The notes under the pieces were generated by a model. It did no database searches and was not told the DNA's origin. It saw only the letters and a list, made by a program, of their open reading frames with translations. A stretch of 64,000 bases of DNA from Octopus sinensis (lineage: Eukaryota): positions 16,616,001-16,680,000 of the forward strand of contig NC_042997.1 in the NCBI RefSeq assembly GCF_006345805.1, in the 5' to 3' direction. Below, piece after piece: positions 12,801 to 25,345 of the stretch. Position numbers and translations under genes: made by a program. How positions within the stretch are numbered: position 1 is the stretch's first letter; every line of letters starts with the position of its first letter.

Positions 12801-13108
12801 TGTCAGTGTTCATAATCGTCAGAGTGTAAGTTCCTTGAGAGAAAAGTTGAACCTAAGAAGCGTCAGTTGTGGCGTGCAAGAGAGACGGCTGCGCTGGTAT
12901 GGTCATGTGACAAGAAAGGCTGAAGATAGTTGTGTGCAAAAGTGCTAACACCCTAGCAGTGGAGGGAACCTGTGGAAGAGGTAGACCCAGGAAAACCTGG
13001 GACGAGGTGGTGAAGCACGACCTTCGAACTTTAGGTCTCACTAAGGAAATGTCTAGAGACCGAGACCTATGGAAGTATGCTGTGCATGAGAAGACCCGGC
13101 AAGACTAG
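9871..13108 (+). CDS. RTE ORF: APE endonuclease, reverse transcriptase and PHD-like finger; one +1 frameshift at about 12947
   Basis: EN motifs TLNVGTL, IQEVRW, GDFNGHVG, QIDYIL; RT motifs YRGIKLL, QFGF, FVDLEKAFDRV, GVHQGSVLSP, LLYADDL, FRYLG. The 1025-aa ORF stops at 12946-12948, and the shifted frame continues GRGRPRKTW...EKTRQD* to 13108. Likely ATGs are at 9898 or 9997. Confidence 0.93.
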
Positions 13109-14780
13109 TCAGGCCATAACCCGTGGCCCCGACCGGGGACGTAGTCAGTCCTGTGCATACCTTCCTTCTTGTGACACTTATGAAGACCTGTTGAGGCAAG
13201 TGAAAATCAAATCAAATCAAAACAAATCAAAATAGATGAACATCAATGGAATTGTATTCTTCGTGGTACCAGTGCCGGTGGCACACAAGAAAACCACCCA
13301 AACGTGGCCGTAACCAGTACCGCATCGACTGGCCTCCGTGCTGTGGGCACAACACACACCATCCGATCGTGGCCGTTCGCCAGCCTCATCTGGCACCTGT
13401 GCCGGTGGCACATAAAGACACCATCCGAAGACCCGGCGACGTAGTCAGTCCACCTGTGCATACCTTCCCTCTTATGACACTTGTGAAGACCTGTTGAGGC
13501 AAGTGTGTGACACTTGTGAAGACCTGTTGAGGCAGAGGCAAGTGTGTGACACTTGTGGAGACCTGTTGAGGCAAGTGTGTGACCCTTGTGAAGACCTGTT
13601 GAGGCAAGTGAAAATCAAATCAAACCAAATCAAAATAGATGAATATCAATGGAATTTGTATCTTTGTGGTTCCAGTACCGGTGGCACACAAGAAAACCAT
13701 CCGAACGTGGCCGTCGACTGGCCTCCGTGCTGTGGGCACAACAAACACCATCTGATCGTGGCCGTTCGCCAGCCTCACCTGGCACCTGTGTCGGTGGCAC
13801 ATAAAAACACCACCACCATCCAAAGACCCGGCGACGTAGTCAGTCCACCTGTGCTTACCTTCCCTCTTATGACACTTGTGAAGACCTGTTGAGGCAGAGG
13901 CAAGTGTGTGACACTTTGTGAAGACCTGTTGAGGCAGAGGCAAGTGTGTGACACTTGTGGAGACCTGTTGAGGCAAGTGTGTGACACGCGTGACACTTGT
14001 GAAGACCTGTTGAGGCAAGTGAAATCAAACCAAATCAAAATAGATGAACATCAATGGAATTTGTATCTTTGTGGTTCCAGTACCGGTGGCACACAAGAAA
14101 ACCATCCGATCGTGGCCGTTCGCCAGCCACATCTGGCACCTGTGTCGGTGGCACATAAAGACACCATCCGAAGACCCGGCGTCGTAGACAGTCCACCTAT
14201 GCATACCTTCCTTCTTGTGACACTTGTGAAGACCTGTTGAGGCAAGTGAAAATCAAATCAAATCAAATCAAATCAAATCAAAACAAATCAAAATAGATGA
14301 ACATAAATGGAATTTGTATCTTTGTGGTACCAGTGCCGGTGGCACACAAGAAAATCATCCGAACGTGGCCGTAGCCAGTACCGCATAGACTGGCCTCCGT
14401 GCTTTGGGGACGTAACAAACACCATCCGATCGTGGCCGTCCGCCAGCCTCATCTGGCACCTGTGTCGGTGGCACATAAAAACACACCATCCGAGCGTGGC
14501 CGTCTGCCAGCCTCGTCTGGCACCTGTGTCGGTGGCACATAAAAACACCATCCGAGCGTGGCCGTTCGCCAGCCTCGTCTGGCACCTGTGTCGGTGGCAC
14601 ATAAAATCACCCACTACACTCTCGGAGTGGTTGGCGTTAGGAAGGGCATCCAGCTGTAGAAACACTGCCAGATCTGACTGGCCTGGTGCAGCCTTCGGGC
14701 TCCCCAGACCCCAGTTGAACCGTCCAACCCATGCTAGCATGGAAAACGGACGCTAAATGATGATGATGATGATGATGATG
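9871..14780 (+). mobile_element. Near full-length RTE-clade non-LTR retrotransposon (5' boundary uncertain, may extend to about 9160)
   Basis: Single EN-RT ORF, then a 1.67-kb modular 3' UTR ending in an (ATG)n tail at about 14757-14780. No target-site duplication found. Confidence 0.93.
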
Positions 14781-15067
14781 TAATCTCCTCTACAACAAAA
14801 AACCTGCTCTACCTCTGTCTTTCATACTTTAATCCTGCTTCTTAGCTCTTAGCATAAAGCCCCCACTTCCAAGTTGCATGGCACCCTCACTAGTGCTAGT
14901 GGCATGAAAAAAGCATCCAGTGCATGCTGTGAAGTGGTTGGCATAGAGCATCCTGGTGTAGAAGTTATTTTCAAAATGATACCATGAGTTCTTGAAGTAT
15001 TTTGGGTGTTTTTGTGTCATCTGGAAATTTTCATGATTGAAATTCTTCAACTATGTATGCAATGTTT

Positions 15068-15206
15068 AGTAAGAAGGAAAGCAGACAAATCACAAATCCC
15101 TTTGAGTAGATGGCCCTGCTCGATCTGTAGAAAAGGCCTAGATAGAAACTCCATAAGACGTACTCAGTGCAAGCTTTGGATACATAAGAGGTGCAGCAAT
15201 ATCAAG
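15068..15206 (+). mobile_element. Isolated internal RTE fragment covering the PHD-like finger
   Basis: Translates RRKADKSQIPLSRWPCSICRKGLDRNSIRRTQCKLWIHKRCSNIK, homologous to about 12282-12415. Confidence 0.85.
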
Positions 15207-18200
15207 ACTGATGGATGATGAGGATGATTTTATGGCTAAAATATCAGAAGACTTAGTAACAAAATGCCTTCTTTAATTCTATTGGAAGTCTTCAAGAAAT
15301 TTCAGTTCCTTTTATATGGATGATGGTTTAGAGGTTTTCTTGTTCTTTTGGGTTAGGAACAGTACTTCCATTGATACCTCCAGTATTGCGTGTATGTAGT
15401 CCCAGGTATCAAAGAACCTTACATCTGGATTACTTTGCTTCATGTATTTCTGTCACTAATTTCTCTGGCTAGCTCAGATGTGGAACTCTAGTCAATAAAG
15501 GCATGAATTCTTACCTGGTACTCACATTTGTGATGAAATGATAACCACTGCAGTGTGTTTTAAAATGACTGTCTTTTATGTATTAAAATGAATGGTATAA
15601 AATCCTAGACTAGAACCAGCCACCTATGTTCCTGGACTCACAAAACCATGTGTCAGTTTGCCTTTCCCTCTGTGTCTAATTTTGTAAATATAGGTGTTTG
15701 CAATAAGCCATAGGATCCAGGTTCTTTGATTCACTAATAAAGCTAAGCTTTCACGTGCGCAATCGCAAACACACTGCCAGCAACAACAACAGTAACAGCA
15801 GCAGTGGTGAAGCTAAAAAGTTAAAAGGTATATTTATTTGTGTGTCATGCCATGAGCAGTAAGTCTGTTATTTTGGTACAAATTTTTCAGTTTTGATTAG
15901 TGATCCTAGCATATTTATTTCAAGATTAAGTGTAATTTGGGTACTTAAAAAATCTCTATAGAAACTTAGTTGCTAAGTGTTTAATGTTTTGGAGTAATAT
16001 TCCCCTGTCAGGTCAGTATAGATATTATCAAACTTCTTATATGTGTATTACAAGTTTTAGTTCTTAACTAGAGAAAAATATCATTCTTGTTGAGTGGTTG
16101 GTGGCAGGGATTACATTTTAGCATTACCCCCCCCCCCAAACAATTATCTGCCAAAATGTACCAAATAATCTTACTTGACCAAAAGCTATAGAGATATTTG
16201 CAAAGGAAGCATATTTAACAGCTTAGTGATAATAAAAAGCTGTTTTGGTATTAGGGGTAGTAGATAAGACCACTTGTGTTTCTAGTTTTAAACTGCTAAA
16301 ACATTTTTTAACATCTGCTCAATGTTATCCCTTTGTGACAAATGATGTAGAGTGGTTGTTGCTGTAGTGTTTCTCCTAGGTTGACCCTGGTTAAAAACAC
16401 TTATGACAAGAGCCATTCCAAGCATGACCATCCCATCTTTCCTTCACTTGTGTTGATTTCATATCACTTAAATTGAGCACAAAGTCTGAAATGTATAGGT
16501 GAAAGGTAGTAGTTCTAACTGGAACTTGCCTTATCTCTTCCCATAGGGATGAAAGTTGAAGTCAACCCCAGCAGGATTCTTTTTAGAGCCTACACTGAAT
16601 GCCATAAGGTCTGATGTTCTAATGGTCCTGCCTTTCATTATGTTGGCTGCTGCTGATAATAATGATAATCCTTTCAGCTATAGCACAAGGCCTGAAATTG
16701 TAGGGGAGGGGGCTAGTCATTTACATTGACCCCAGAGCTCAGCTGGTGCTTATTTTATTGACCCTGAAAGGATGAAAGGTGGAATTTGAACTCAGAACAC
16801 TGCTAAGCATTTTGCCTGGCATGCTAACAATTCTGCCAAGCTCACTGTTTTTAATATTAATAATAATAATAATAAATTTAGAAAAGGAAAAGAAGAGATC
16901 AATAAAATCGATCCTTCACATATTGGAGAGAAAAATTTTGTTTGAATCAAAGTATTAAAGTAATATGATTTATAATATAATTCAGGAAACGGCTGTACAG
17001 TTACTCTTTGAAAATTACTGATTGTGGAACAAATTTTGTATAATGTTTCTCAAGTTAAAAGCTAATTTTTAGAAAGAATATTTGCATAAAGAATGTAACC
17101 GTTTAATTATAGAACTAACTGAAATGATTGCTAGTTTAGCAAGTATTTCTTTTTTTGGTATTATTATTTTGAAAACAATAATTAATGCTTAGTTGATATG
17201 GATGAATGAATCTCCTCATGGCTTCAATAAAAGAAGGTTGTGTAATCAATGGAACCATTTGTATGATAGTGCAAGTGGCCGAATATTCCACAAACATTTG
17301 TTGCCTTAATCTAATCTTTGTCTAGATATAGACACACACATGGCTGAGTGGTTAAGAAGCTTACTTTGCAACTATGTGGTTTAGGGTTCAGTCCCACAGT
17401 TCAGCACCTTGGGAAAGTGTCTTCTACCATATGCCCAGGCTAACCAATGCCTTGTGAAGGAGCTTGGTAGATGGAAACTGTTGGGAAGCCTATTGTATAT
17501 ATGCATATGTTGTGTGTGTGTTTGTCTCCACCCCACTGCTTAACAACCAGTGTTGGTTTGTTTATGTCCCCTTAGCTTAGCAGTTCAGCTAAAGAAACAG
17601 ATAGAATAGGTACCAGGTTTCAAAAAATAAGTACAGGGATCAGTTAGTTTGACTAAACCTGTCAAATTGGTGCCCCAGCATGGCTGCAGTTTAATGAGTG
17701 AAACAAGTAAAAAGATAAAAAAAACGAAATAGATACAGTGTCACACAACCCATTTGATAGTCATCTTCTCAGTTTCGGTCAACTCACTTTCACTCAGAAA
17801 GTTTAGCTCGACCGAGATTATGGAAGAAGATACTTAAGCTATCACACAATGGGATCAAACTGGAAACCTCATGATTGAAAATAAATATCTTCAAGACTTG
17901 GTCATTTGCTGTTTGATATATTTTGTTGTGGTCAGCATGGCCGAGTACAGTTAACTGCTCAGTAAACAGTTCACAATTTTCTCTAGCCATAGTGTACCCT
18001 GAACTACATTATCAAATGTATCCTTCTTTTTTTTGTTATTAGGATGATGAGATGGGAGTTGATAGATATTTGGCTGCTATTTCTAGTAAATTGTGTGGCC
18101 ATGTATGGGTTGACTTACATGTACCTTTCACAATCATGTATATTTTGTTACTGGTTTAAATATATTTCCTGTCATTAATGACACACAATGGCCATGTAAT

Positions 18201-18439
18201 AAAGTGGTCGACTAATTTCATGGTCATAAGTTCAGGCAGGACATCAGCCATTGTGTTATATTGCTGAGTAAGGCACCTAACTTTGCTTGTTCCAATTCGC
18301 TTGACTTTCCTGTACCATGGTTGTTTGACGAACTGTAAGAAAGTTTTCCAGCTATAAAAAATAATTGTTCTGACATAAGGTCGCCCACACACTGACAGAA
18401 AACAATGCAAAATACTTATCAATATTTCTTCCCCCTGGT

Positions 18440-18870
18440 GGAATCAATAGCACACAGGACAAAATGCTTAGTAGCATTTCGTCTGCCCTTATATCCTGAG
18501 TTCAAATTTCACTGAGGTTGACATTGCCTTTTATCCTTTCAGGGTCTATAAAATAAGTACCAGTTGAGTGCTGGGGTTGATGTAATTGACTTACCCACTT
18601 CCCTGTAATTGCTGGCCTTGTGCCAAAATTTAAAATTAATATTTCCTCCTAAGGCAGTGAGCTTGCAGAATCATTAGCATACTGGGGGAAACATTTAGAG
18701 GCATTTCGTCTGTCTTTATGTTCTGAGTTCAAATTCTGCCAAGATTGACTTTGCCTTTCATTCCTTTCAGAGTCAATAAAATAAGTACCAGTTGGACACT
18801 GGGGTCAATGTAACTGACTTAACCATCCCTTGAAATTGCTGGCCTTGTGCCAAAATTTGAAACCAGTATT
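18440..18870 (+). mobile_element. Tandem pair of short SINE-like repeats (same family paired again at about 50210-50640; singles near 360, 16660, 23960, 39780, 52480, 58380)
   Basis: Shared ...tgagttcaaatt..gc.gaggttgactttgcctttcatcctttc.gggtc.ataaaataagtaccagttgagcactgggg... sequence. Confidence 0.75.
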
Positions 18871-19215
18871 TCCTTCACCTGTCAGTGAGGATGTAATGGA
18901 TTTTTAAAAAAATGTTTCATGAATCATATTTTAGAACTGGATGCCTTGCTTAATTTTTACCTTTCAGTTATAAAATATAGACAAAATCTCTCATGTATTT
19001 GGCAAACTGAAGTAAAAACCTTAAAAGGCCATGATACAGTTATGTAGCTTGGTTTGAACTTCTTGATCATATAGTTAGCAGTCCAAAGTATTAATGTCTC
19101 AGCTCTAATGCATCTCTCTCTCATGCACACAGATACAAGCATATTTTGTTTTTTTCTGATTTTAATAAAATGCATTAAAAAAATTTTTCAAATGATTTTT
19201 CTCTTTTGTTTTTAG

Positions 19216-19643
19216 GATGATACATCTGGATTATCATGGAGAGAAGAACGAGAATTAAAACGGGCTTTGTACGCGTCTCTGCAAGACAGTCGGCGTCAAA
19301 ACCGCCAGCAGCACGAGCAGTGGCAAAACCAGAAGGAAAGTCCTGTTTTGTCAACTGCCAACAGAAAAACTAACCAAAGCAGTGGTAGAAGTAGTTGTAA
19401 CAGCAACAGTTACCTTGATTGCAACAGATCGGCAACAGCAGTGCCAGTCTTAACCAACTCTACTTGCAATAACTATTCATCTTCTCCTTCATTCTGTCAG
19501 TCTATTCAGAGCAGTAACTCCTCTACAACATCGGCTGTTAGGAGTACTGTTGTCGATGAGAACAGCAGAGACTCGATGAAGCCTCTCCATGCAGTTGGGA
19601 CCCATATAAGGTCAGCCAACTTGGCAGCGACAGATATCAAGAG
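19216..19643 (+). CDS. JARID2: JARID2 exon A (phase 0 to 2); N-terminal UIM-like segment plus Ser/Asn-rich region
   Basis: ttttag|GAT GAT ACA; DDTSGLSWREERELKRALYASLQ resembles vertebrate [22 protein letters not shown]; donor AG|gtcagt. Confidence 0.88.
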
Positions 19644-21610
19644 GTCAGTTGGTTTTAACCCTTTTGTTACCGTATTTATTTTGAGATGCTCTGTGTTTCT
19701 TTCAAGTAATTTTAAATGTAACAAAGAATTTCGTAAAATGGGCATGGCTGTGTGGTTAGGGAGCTTGCTTCCTAGCTACATGGTTTCGGGTTCAGTCCCA
19801 CTGCGTGGCACTTTGGGTAGGTGTCTTCCACTATAGCCCCGAGCCGACCGGAGCTTAGTGAAGTAACTGCCGTGTGTGTATGTGTGCGTATAGCTGCTCA
19901 GTGCCTCTCCAAAAGAGAGAGAAAGGGAACTTCATTATTATTAAGCTGGTGTTAGGAACATAAATTGTAACTAAAGTTTGGTGGAGGATTTTAATTCAAA
20001 ACTTATGAACACAAGACATTTGTACTAAAGAGCCAGAGACGGTTTCAGGTGGGTTGGTATCAAAAGGGTTAATAGTGTGTGAGTGTGTCTATTGTTTTTT
20101 TTTTTTGTTATCATTTTCCTGATTTGTATGTTGATGGAAGGTGTATGTGAAGGGACATGGTTCAGTGGTTAGAGCTTTGGGCTTATAATTATGAGGTTAT
20201 GAGTTAGATTCCTGGACCAGACTGTGTGGTGTTGTGTTCTTGAGTAAGATACTTTATTTCATGTTGCTCCAGTTCACTCAGCTGTAGAAATGAGTTGCAA
20301 TGTCACTGGTGCCAAACCGTATTGACCTTTATTTTTTCCTTGGACAACATCAGTGGCATGAAGAGGGGAGATTGGTATGCATGGGTGGCTGATGGTCTTT
20401 CACTAACAACCTTACCTGGACTTGTACCTTGTAGGGGAACTTTCTAAGTGCAATCTCATGGTCATTTGTCATTGAAGGGGGTCTTTATCCTTTACTCTTT
20501 ATGTTGATGGAGGAGGAATGCTAAGTATGTGAGACTGAATACTTTGGTGTAGAGCCTCCATCAATCAAGATTGACCATGCATCTACATACATCTGTATTT
20601 GTCTTGGCAAGATTTTGAACTGAAGACTAGCAGTTGCCTATGCATCCAAGTCCCCTCTCTCCACACCACTGATTATCTTTAGGAAAGTCTGCTGACTTGG
20701 GCTGATTCTGCTTGGCACCAATCGCAATGCAGAAGAGCTGGAGCAGTTACCATAACCATTTAGCATTTAAACTGGCCATATCCTGCCCAAATATTCTATT
20801 TGTTCTATGTTCAAACCAACCAGACCTAATCTTTCACACCTACTCTACAATGTCATTCTAAAGATAATCATATCAAAATCTTTAAGCTACGAGATTAATG
20901 ATTCAAAATAATGTGAATAAATAAGAACTGTCTTGGATTAATACTTATTTTTAACCTTGGAAGGAAGAAATAGAAAGTTGGTCAGTTAGATTTTAACTCA
21001 GAATACAGAGAATCACTACATATGCCATGGAGCATTCTATTCAGTATTTTATATTTCGAGTTAACATAATTTTCCTTTGAGAGTTTTTTTTCTTTTCATC
21101 ACTTTGTAGTTGATAAAATAAAATACCAGTCATATGCTGAGGTTTATTCAATCACCTTGTACCCTGTCCCATATAAATTTTGTGCAAGTTTAGAGCAAGT
21201 TCATTCTATGAGTTACTTTCATTTTCTGCTTAAATCTAATTCATTTCATTCTCATGGAACTGATAGAAAATGTTAAGACAACCTCGTCCCTTTACGTCTG
21301 TGATTCTGTATCAAATAAAAAAAATAAACATTTTCTTGATTTATCCCTTGATGTTGAGCATTGTAGAGTATGAATAAACCACAAAAAACCCAAGTCGATG
21401 ATCTGGTTTTTGTTTTCAGAGATGAAACCATTTTACTTCTACTTATATTGCTAACACACTTGCATCACACAGTCTTATTTCTCCTCCTTTTTGAATTTGA
21501 AATTTTGTACTCCTGTAAGCAATTCATGCTTTATGTTTGCTGCAATCTAGAAAACTCTACCTTCTCACTAAATTGTATGATGTGGATTTTTATTTTTTTC
21601 TATTTTTCAG

Positions 21611-21756
21611 GACTAAAATTCATGCACAAAGAAAATTTGCTCAGTGCTCACTTCCTTCTACTCCAATTTCAACTCCAAATAAAAGCAAAATGTCTCCCCT
21701 TTGTTTGCCAAAAAGAGCTAAAACAGAAGATTTCCTTACTTTTTTATGTTTAAGAG
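21611..21756 (+). CDS. JARID2: JARID2 exon B (phase 2 to 1); K116-equivalent and PRC2-interaction motifs
   Basis: tttttcag|G ACT AAA; [11 protein letters not shown]...[16 protein letters not shown]; donor G|gtaag. Confidence 0.95.
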
Positions 21757-21879
21757 GTAAGATTATGATCTGTTAACTTAACTTCTGGTCTAATAAATGC
21801 CTTGAAATTTGCAATGTTTGATATATACATTTTAATAGTAATTAATTGATTGATTGAGGGTTCATTATACGCATTTCAG

Positions 21880-22103
21880 GTAGTTCTGTCTTGCCATCTC
21901 ATCTGGATTTTTTCAACTATTCAAGTAAAGATTCTGCCTCAGTCTCCGGTGGAGAGAATAGCCGTCCCCAAACACCAGCCAGTGTCAACTATAAGCATCA
22001 TATCAGTTCATCGCGTGCACAGACACGTGAGAGCTCTCCTCTTTCTACTGCAACAAGTACAAGTAGTAATGATGATGTTACTGATGTAATGTCATCTTTC
22101 CAT
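21880..22103 (+). CDS. JARID2: JARID2 exon C (phase 1 to 0)
   Basis: tttcag|GT AGT TCT GTC TTG CCA (GSSVLPSHLDFF...SSFH); donor CAT|gtaag; phases match neighbouring exons. Confidence 0.88.
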
Positions 22104-22395
22104 GTAAGTATTACATTGAAAAGGCTCAAAACATTTTTTTATTGTTTATTTTCTTTTCGTTCTTCTTCTTTGTAATCACCCATTCAAAATCCAGTGTAAA
22201 AAACTTTGATGTATGGGGCTTGTGAATCCTATTTTTGTTGTTTTCATATTTTTCCTCTTTATACACAGTTTACTGTTCATAACTGTTATTAGGTATTAGG
22301 TTTCAGTTAAATCAATTGATACGCAAGACTGGGAATTCCTTGAAATACAATAGTAAGACAGTGTGCTTCAAAGCCTAATATTAGTTGTCTTGTTG

Positions 22396-22814
22396 CAGCC
22401 TGGCACGTAAAAAGCACCATCCGATCGTGGCCGTTGCCAGCCTCGCCTGGCCCCCATGCCGGTGGCACGTAAAACGCACCATCCGATCGTGGCCGTTGCC
22501 AGCCTTGCCTGGCCCTCGTACTGGTGGCACGTAAAACGCACCATCCGATCGTGGCCGTTGCCAGCCTTGCCTGGCCCCCATGCCGGTGGCACCTGAAAAG
22601 CACCATCCGACCATGGCCATTTGCCAGCCCCGTCTGGCACGTAAAAAGCACCAACTACACTCACGGACTTGTTGGCGTTAGGAAGGGCATCGAGCCATAG
22701 AAACACTGCCAAATCAGAATGGGCCTGGTGCAGCCTTCTGGCCTCCCAGACCCCAGTTGAACCGTCCAACCCATGTTAGCATGGAAAGCGGATGCTAAAT
22801 GATGATGATGATGA
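22396..22814 (+). mobile_element. RTE 3'-end fragment with three internal repeat modules
   Basis: Repeated ccatccgatcgtggccgttgccagcc modules, the conserved terminal segment and a (GAT)n tail. Confidence 0.88.
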
Positions 22815-23009
22815 TTGGAGAGAAATGTGCATGATTTGATGTGTAATGGAGTTTTATATATCAGTGAATAGAGAATGCAACCAAAATATTTTATAGCTTC
22901 AGAGTTCTGAATTTAAATCCCACTACACAACATTTTGAGCAGGTGCTTTCTATAGTTTTGGGTTGACCATTATCTTGTCTGTGGAATTTAGTAGACAGAA
23001 GAAGAAGAC

Positions 23010-23340
23010 AGAAGACCCCCTTCGGTCATGAATGACCATGGGATTGCACCTAGAAAGTTACCCTCCTAGACACAAGTCTGGGCAAGATTGTTTATGGAAG
23101 ACCAGCAGTCGCCCATGCATACCAGCCTCCCCTCTCCACGCCACCAGCGTTATCCAAGGGAAAGACAAAGGTCGATACAGCTTGGCACCTGTGACGTCGC
23201 AACTCATTTCTACAGCTGAGTGAACTGGAGCAACGTGAAATAAAGTGCCTTGCTCAAGAACACAACACGCAGCCCGGTCCGGGATTCGAGCTCACAACCT
23301 CACGATCGTAAGCTCGACGCTCTAACCACTGAGCCATGTG
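23010..23340 (-). mobile_element. tRNA-derived SINE, second family (older + copy at about 20150-20510)
   Basis: Reverse complement head catggctcagtggttagagcgtcgagc...agctcgaatcccggacc; body and tail are homologous to 20150-20510. Confidence 0.82.
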
Positions 23341-25345
23341 GTTAGACAGAACCTGTGCAGAAACCCATGATATGTATGTGTAAGTGTTTCTGTGTATATT
23401 CTTGCATCAGTCTCTAACTGGTATTGTTGTTAACATTTTCTGTAACTTGGCTGTTTGACAAACAGCAATTGACAAAATATAAATACCAGGTTGAACTATA
23501 TACTGGGTTGTTAGGATCAACTAAAATACTCAAATACTGTGCTCCAGCTTGGCTGCAGTCTAATGACTGAAACCAGTAACAGAGTAAAAGACTAAAAGAT
23601 TGATGTACGTAGGAAAAACAATTATACTCATATACATGTGTATTGTGAACACACACACATGTGCACGCAGACCAAGGAAAAGAGGGAGAAATGTTGAAAT
23701 CTACTCTCAGGAGGATGAGCCTCAAACCTCACGAAGGGGATGTCGAAAGCCCACCAAAACAATGGGGAGGAGATGCTGTGTTGAAGAAGGTATGTCCAAT
23801 TAATGCCAGCATGGGAAAATGGATGTTGATGATGATTCATGTTGAAAACATGCTGTGAATTGGTGAAAGATACTTGTGGTAAAAATAGAATGAATTAGAC
23901 ATGGAAAGGAATAGGATATACATTGTACTGTTGTATCATGCTGTATATTATTCTTTCTAATTTTGGCACAAGGCCAGCAATTTCAAGGGGAGGGAGCAAG
24001 CTGATTATCCCAATACTTGAATTTGAATTCAGAATGTAATGAGTCAGAAGAAATACTGCAAAGCATTTTCTCTGATGCTCTAATAATTCTGCCATCTCAC
24101 TGCTTTCTTGTTATATAATATGATATAATATTGAAACCCTCTGAAAAATTTTGTATAATGCATCCAACCTGCACTAAGATGACAAAAAAAAAAGGCTTAC
24201 AAAATTAAAATTTGGATCATCATCAACTACAACATCATCCTTTAACATCTGTTTTCCATGCTGGCTTGAGTCAGATGGTTTGACCAGAGCTGGCAAGCTG
24301 GAGAGCTACACCAAGTTCTAGTCTGATTTGGCTTGGTTTCTGTGGTTGGATGCCCTTCCTAACACCAACCAGACAACAGTATGTTCTGGTTGCTTTTAAT
24401 GTGGCATCACACAAGCTCTAACATGTGGCACTGGCATGGGTGCTTTTTACATGGCAACGGCACACAGCTCTTGTAGGCCAATACTCTTCATTAAGCTTTA
24501 ATGCTTCTGTTGTGGAGGATATGTCTTCTTGAGTACTAAAATGTTGATAATTAAATAAAAATAAAAAAATTTGTTATACGTTGGGATAAATTTCAAGAAC
24601 TATGAATTTGCATAGTGTCCCATCAGTTTTATAATATTTAAATTATTTGTGCTCGTTTTAATGCTATGCCCATTTATGGTATACCATTTTGTGTGCTCTC
24701 TATTTGTTCTTTCTAATGTGTTTTACACTTAGCTTTGGATCTGAGATGCAACAATTTTGTTTGTGTCAAATATTTCAGCTTTTGTTTGATAAAGTAAGGA
24801 ATATTGAGTATTAGGTTTCAGTTAAATCAATCTACAGACAAGACTAGCTTTTTTTTTTTTTTTTCCATCAAGGCATGCAGTTTCATCTACAACTGTATGA
24901 TATGGTAAGACAGCATGTTTTTCATTTTGCAGGCTGGAAAGTAGATATATCGGCATTGGTTTAATTTTAAGCTGCACCTGTAGCCATGCCTGCAGCTATA
25001 AGTAACAACAACAACAATAATAATTTTTAACATAGTCAGAAGGCCAAACAAGAATGATATTAATCAACAATTTCTTACATAGGCAGAAGACTGAGTTCAG
25101 ACTTGTAGAAGAAGGGACTGTGGGAATTATAATATTGATACATGTTACAAGGGATTTAATAACTGATATAAATAAAAAGCAGTTTCAGAGAGGAATCAAA
25201 TCTAATTTACTGAAACATCAGCCCACCCATAATACTAGGATATTTTTTTTTAAAGTCAAAACATAGTATTGATTTTTCTAAATGTATGCTTATGTGCTTT
25301 ACGCTCGTTTTTCTATCTTAAATTATTTTCTGGTTATTTTATCAG

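Noticed and set aside
4927-14780. Single twin-priming or double-ended insertion event
   Set aside because: Both halves carry their own 3' tails, differ at many positions, and the outer flanks share no target-site duplication.
19217-19260. ATG at 19217 as the JARID2 start
   Set aside because: It is out of frame with the conserved UIM-like sequence and hits a stop after 14 codons.
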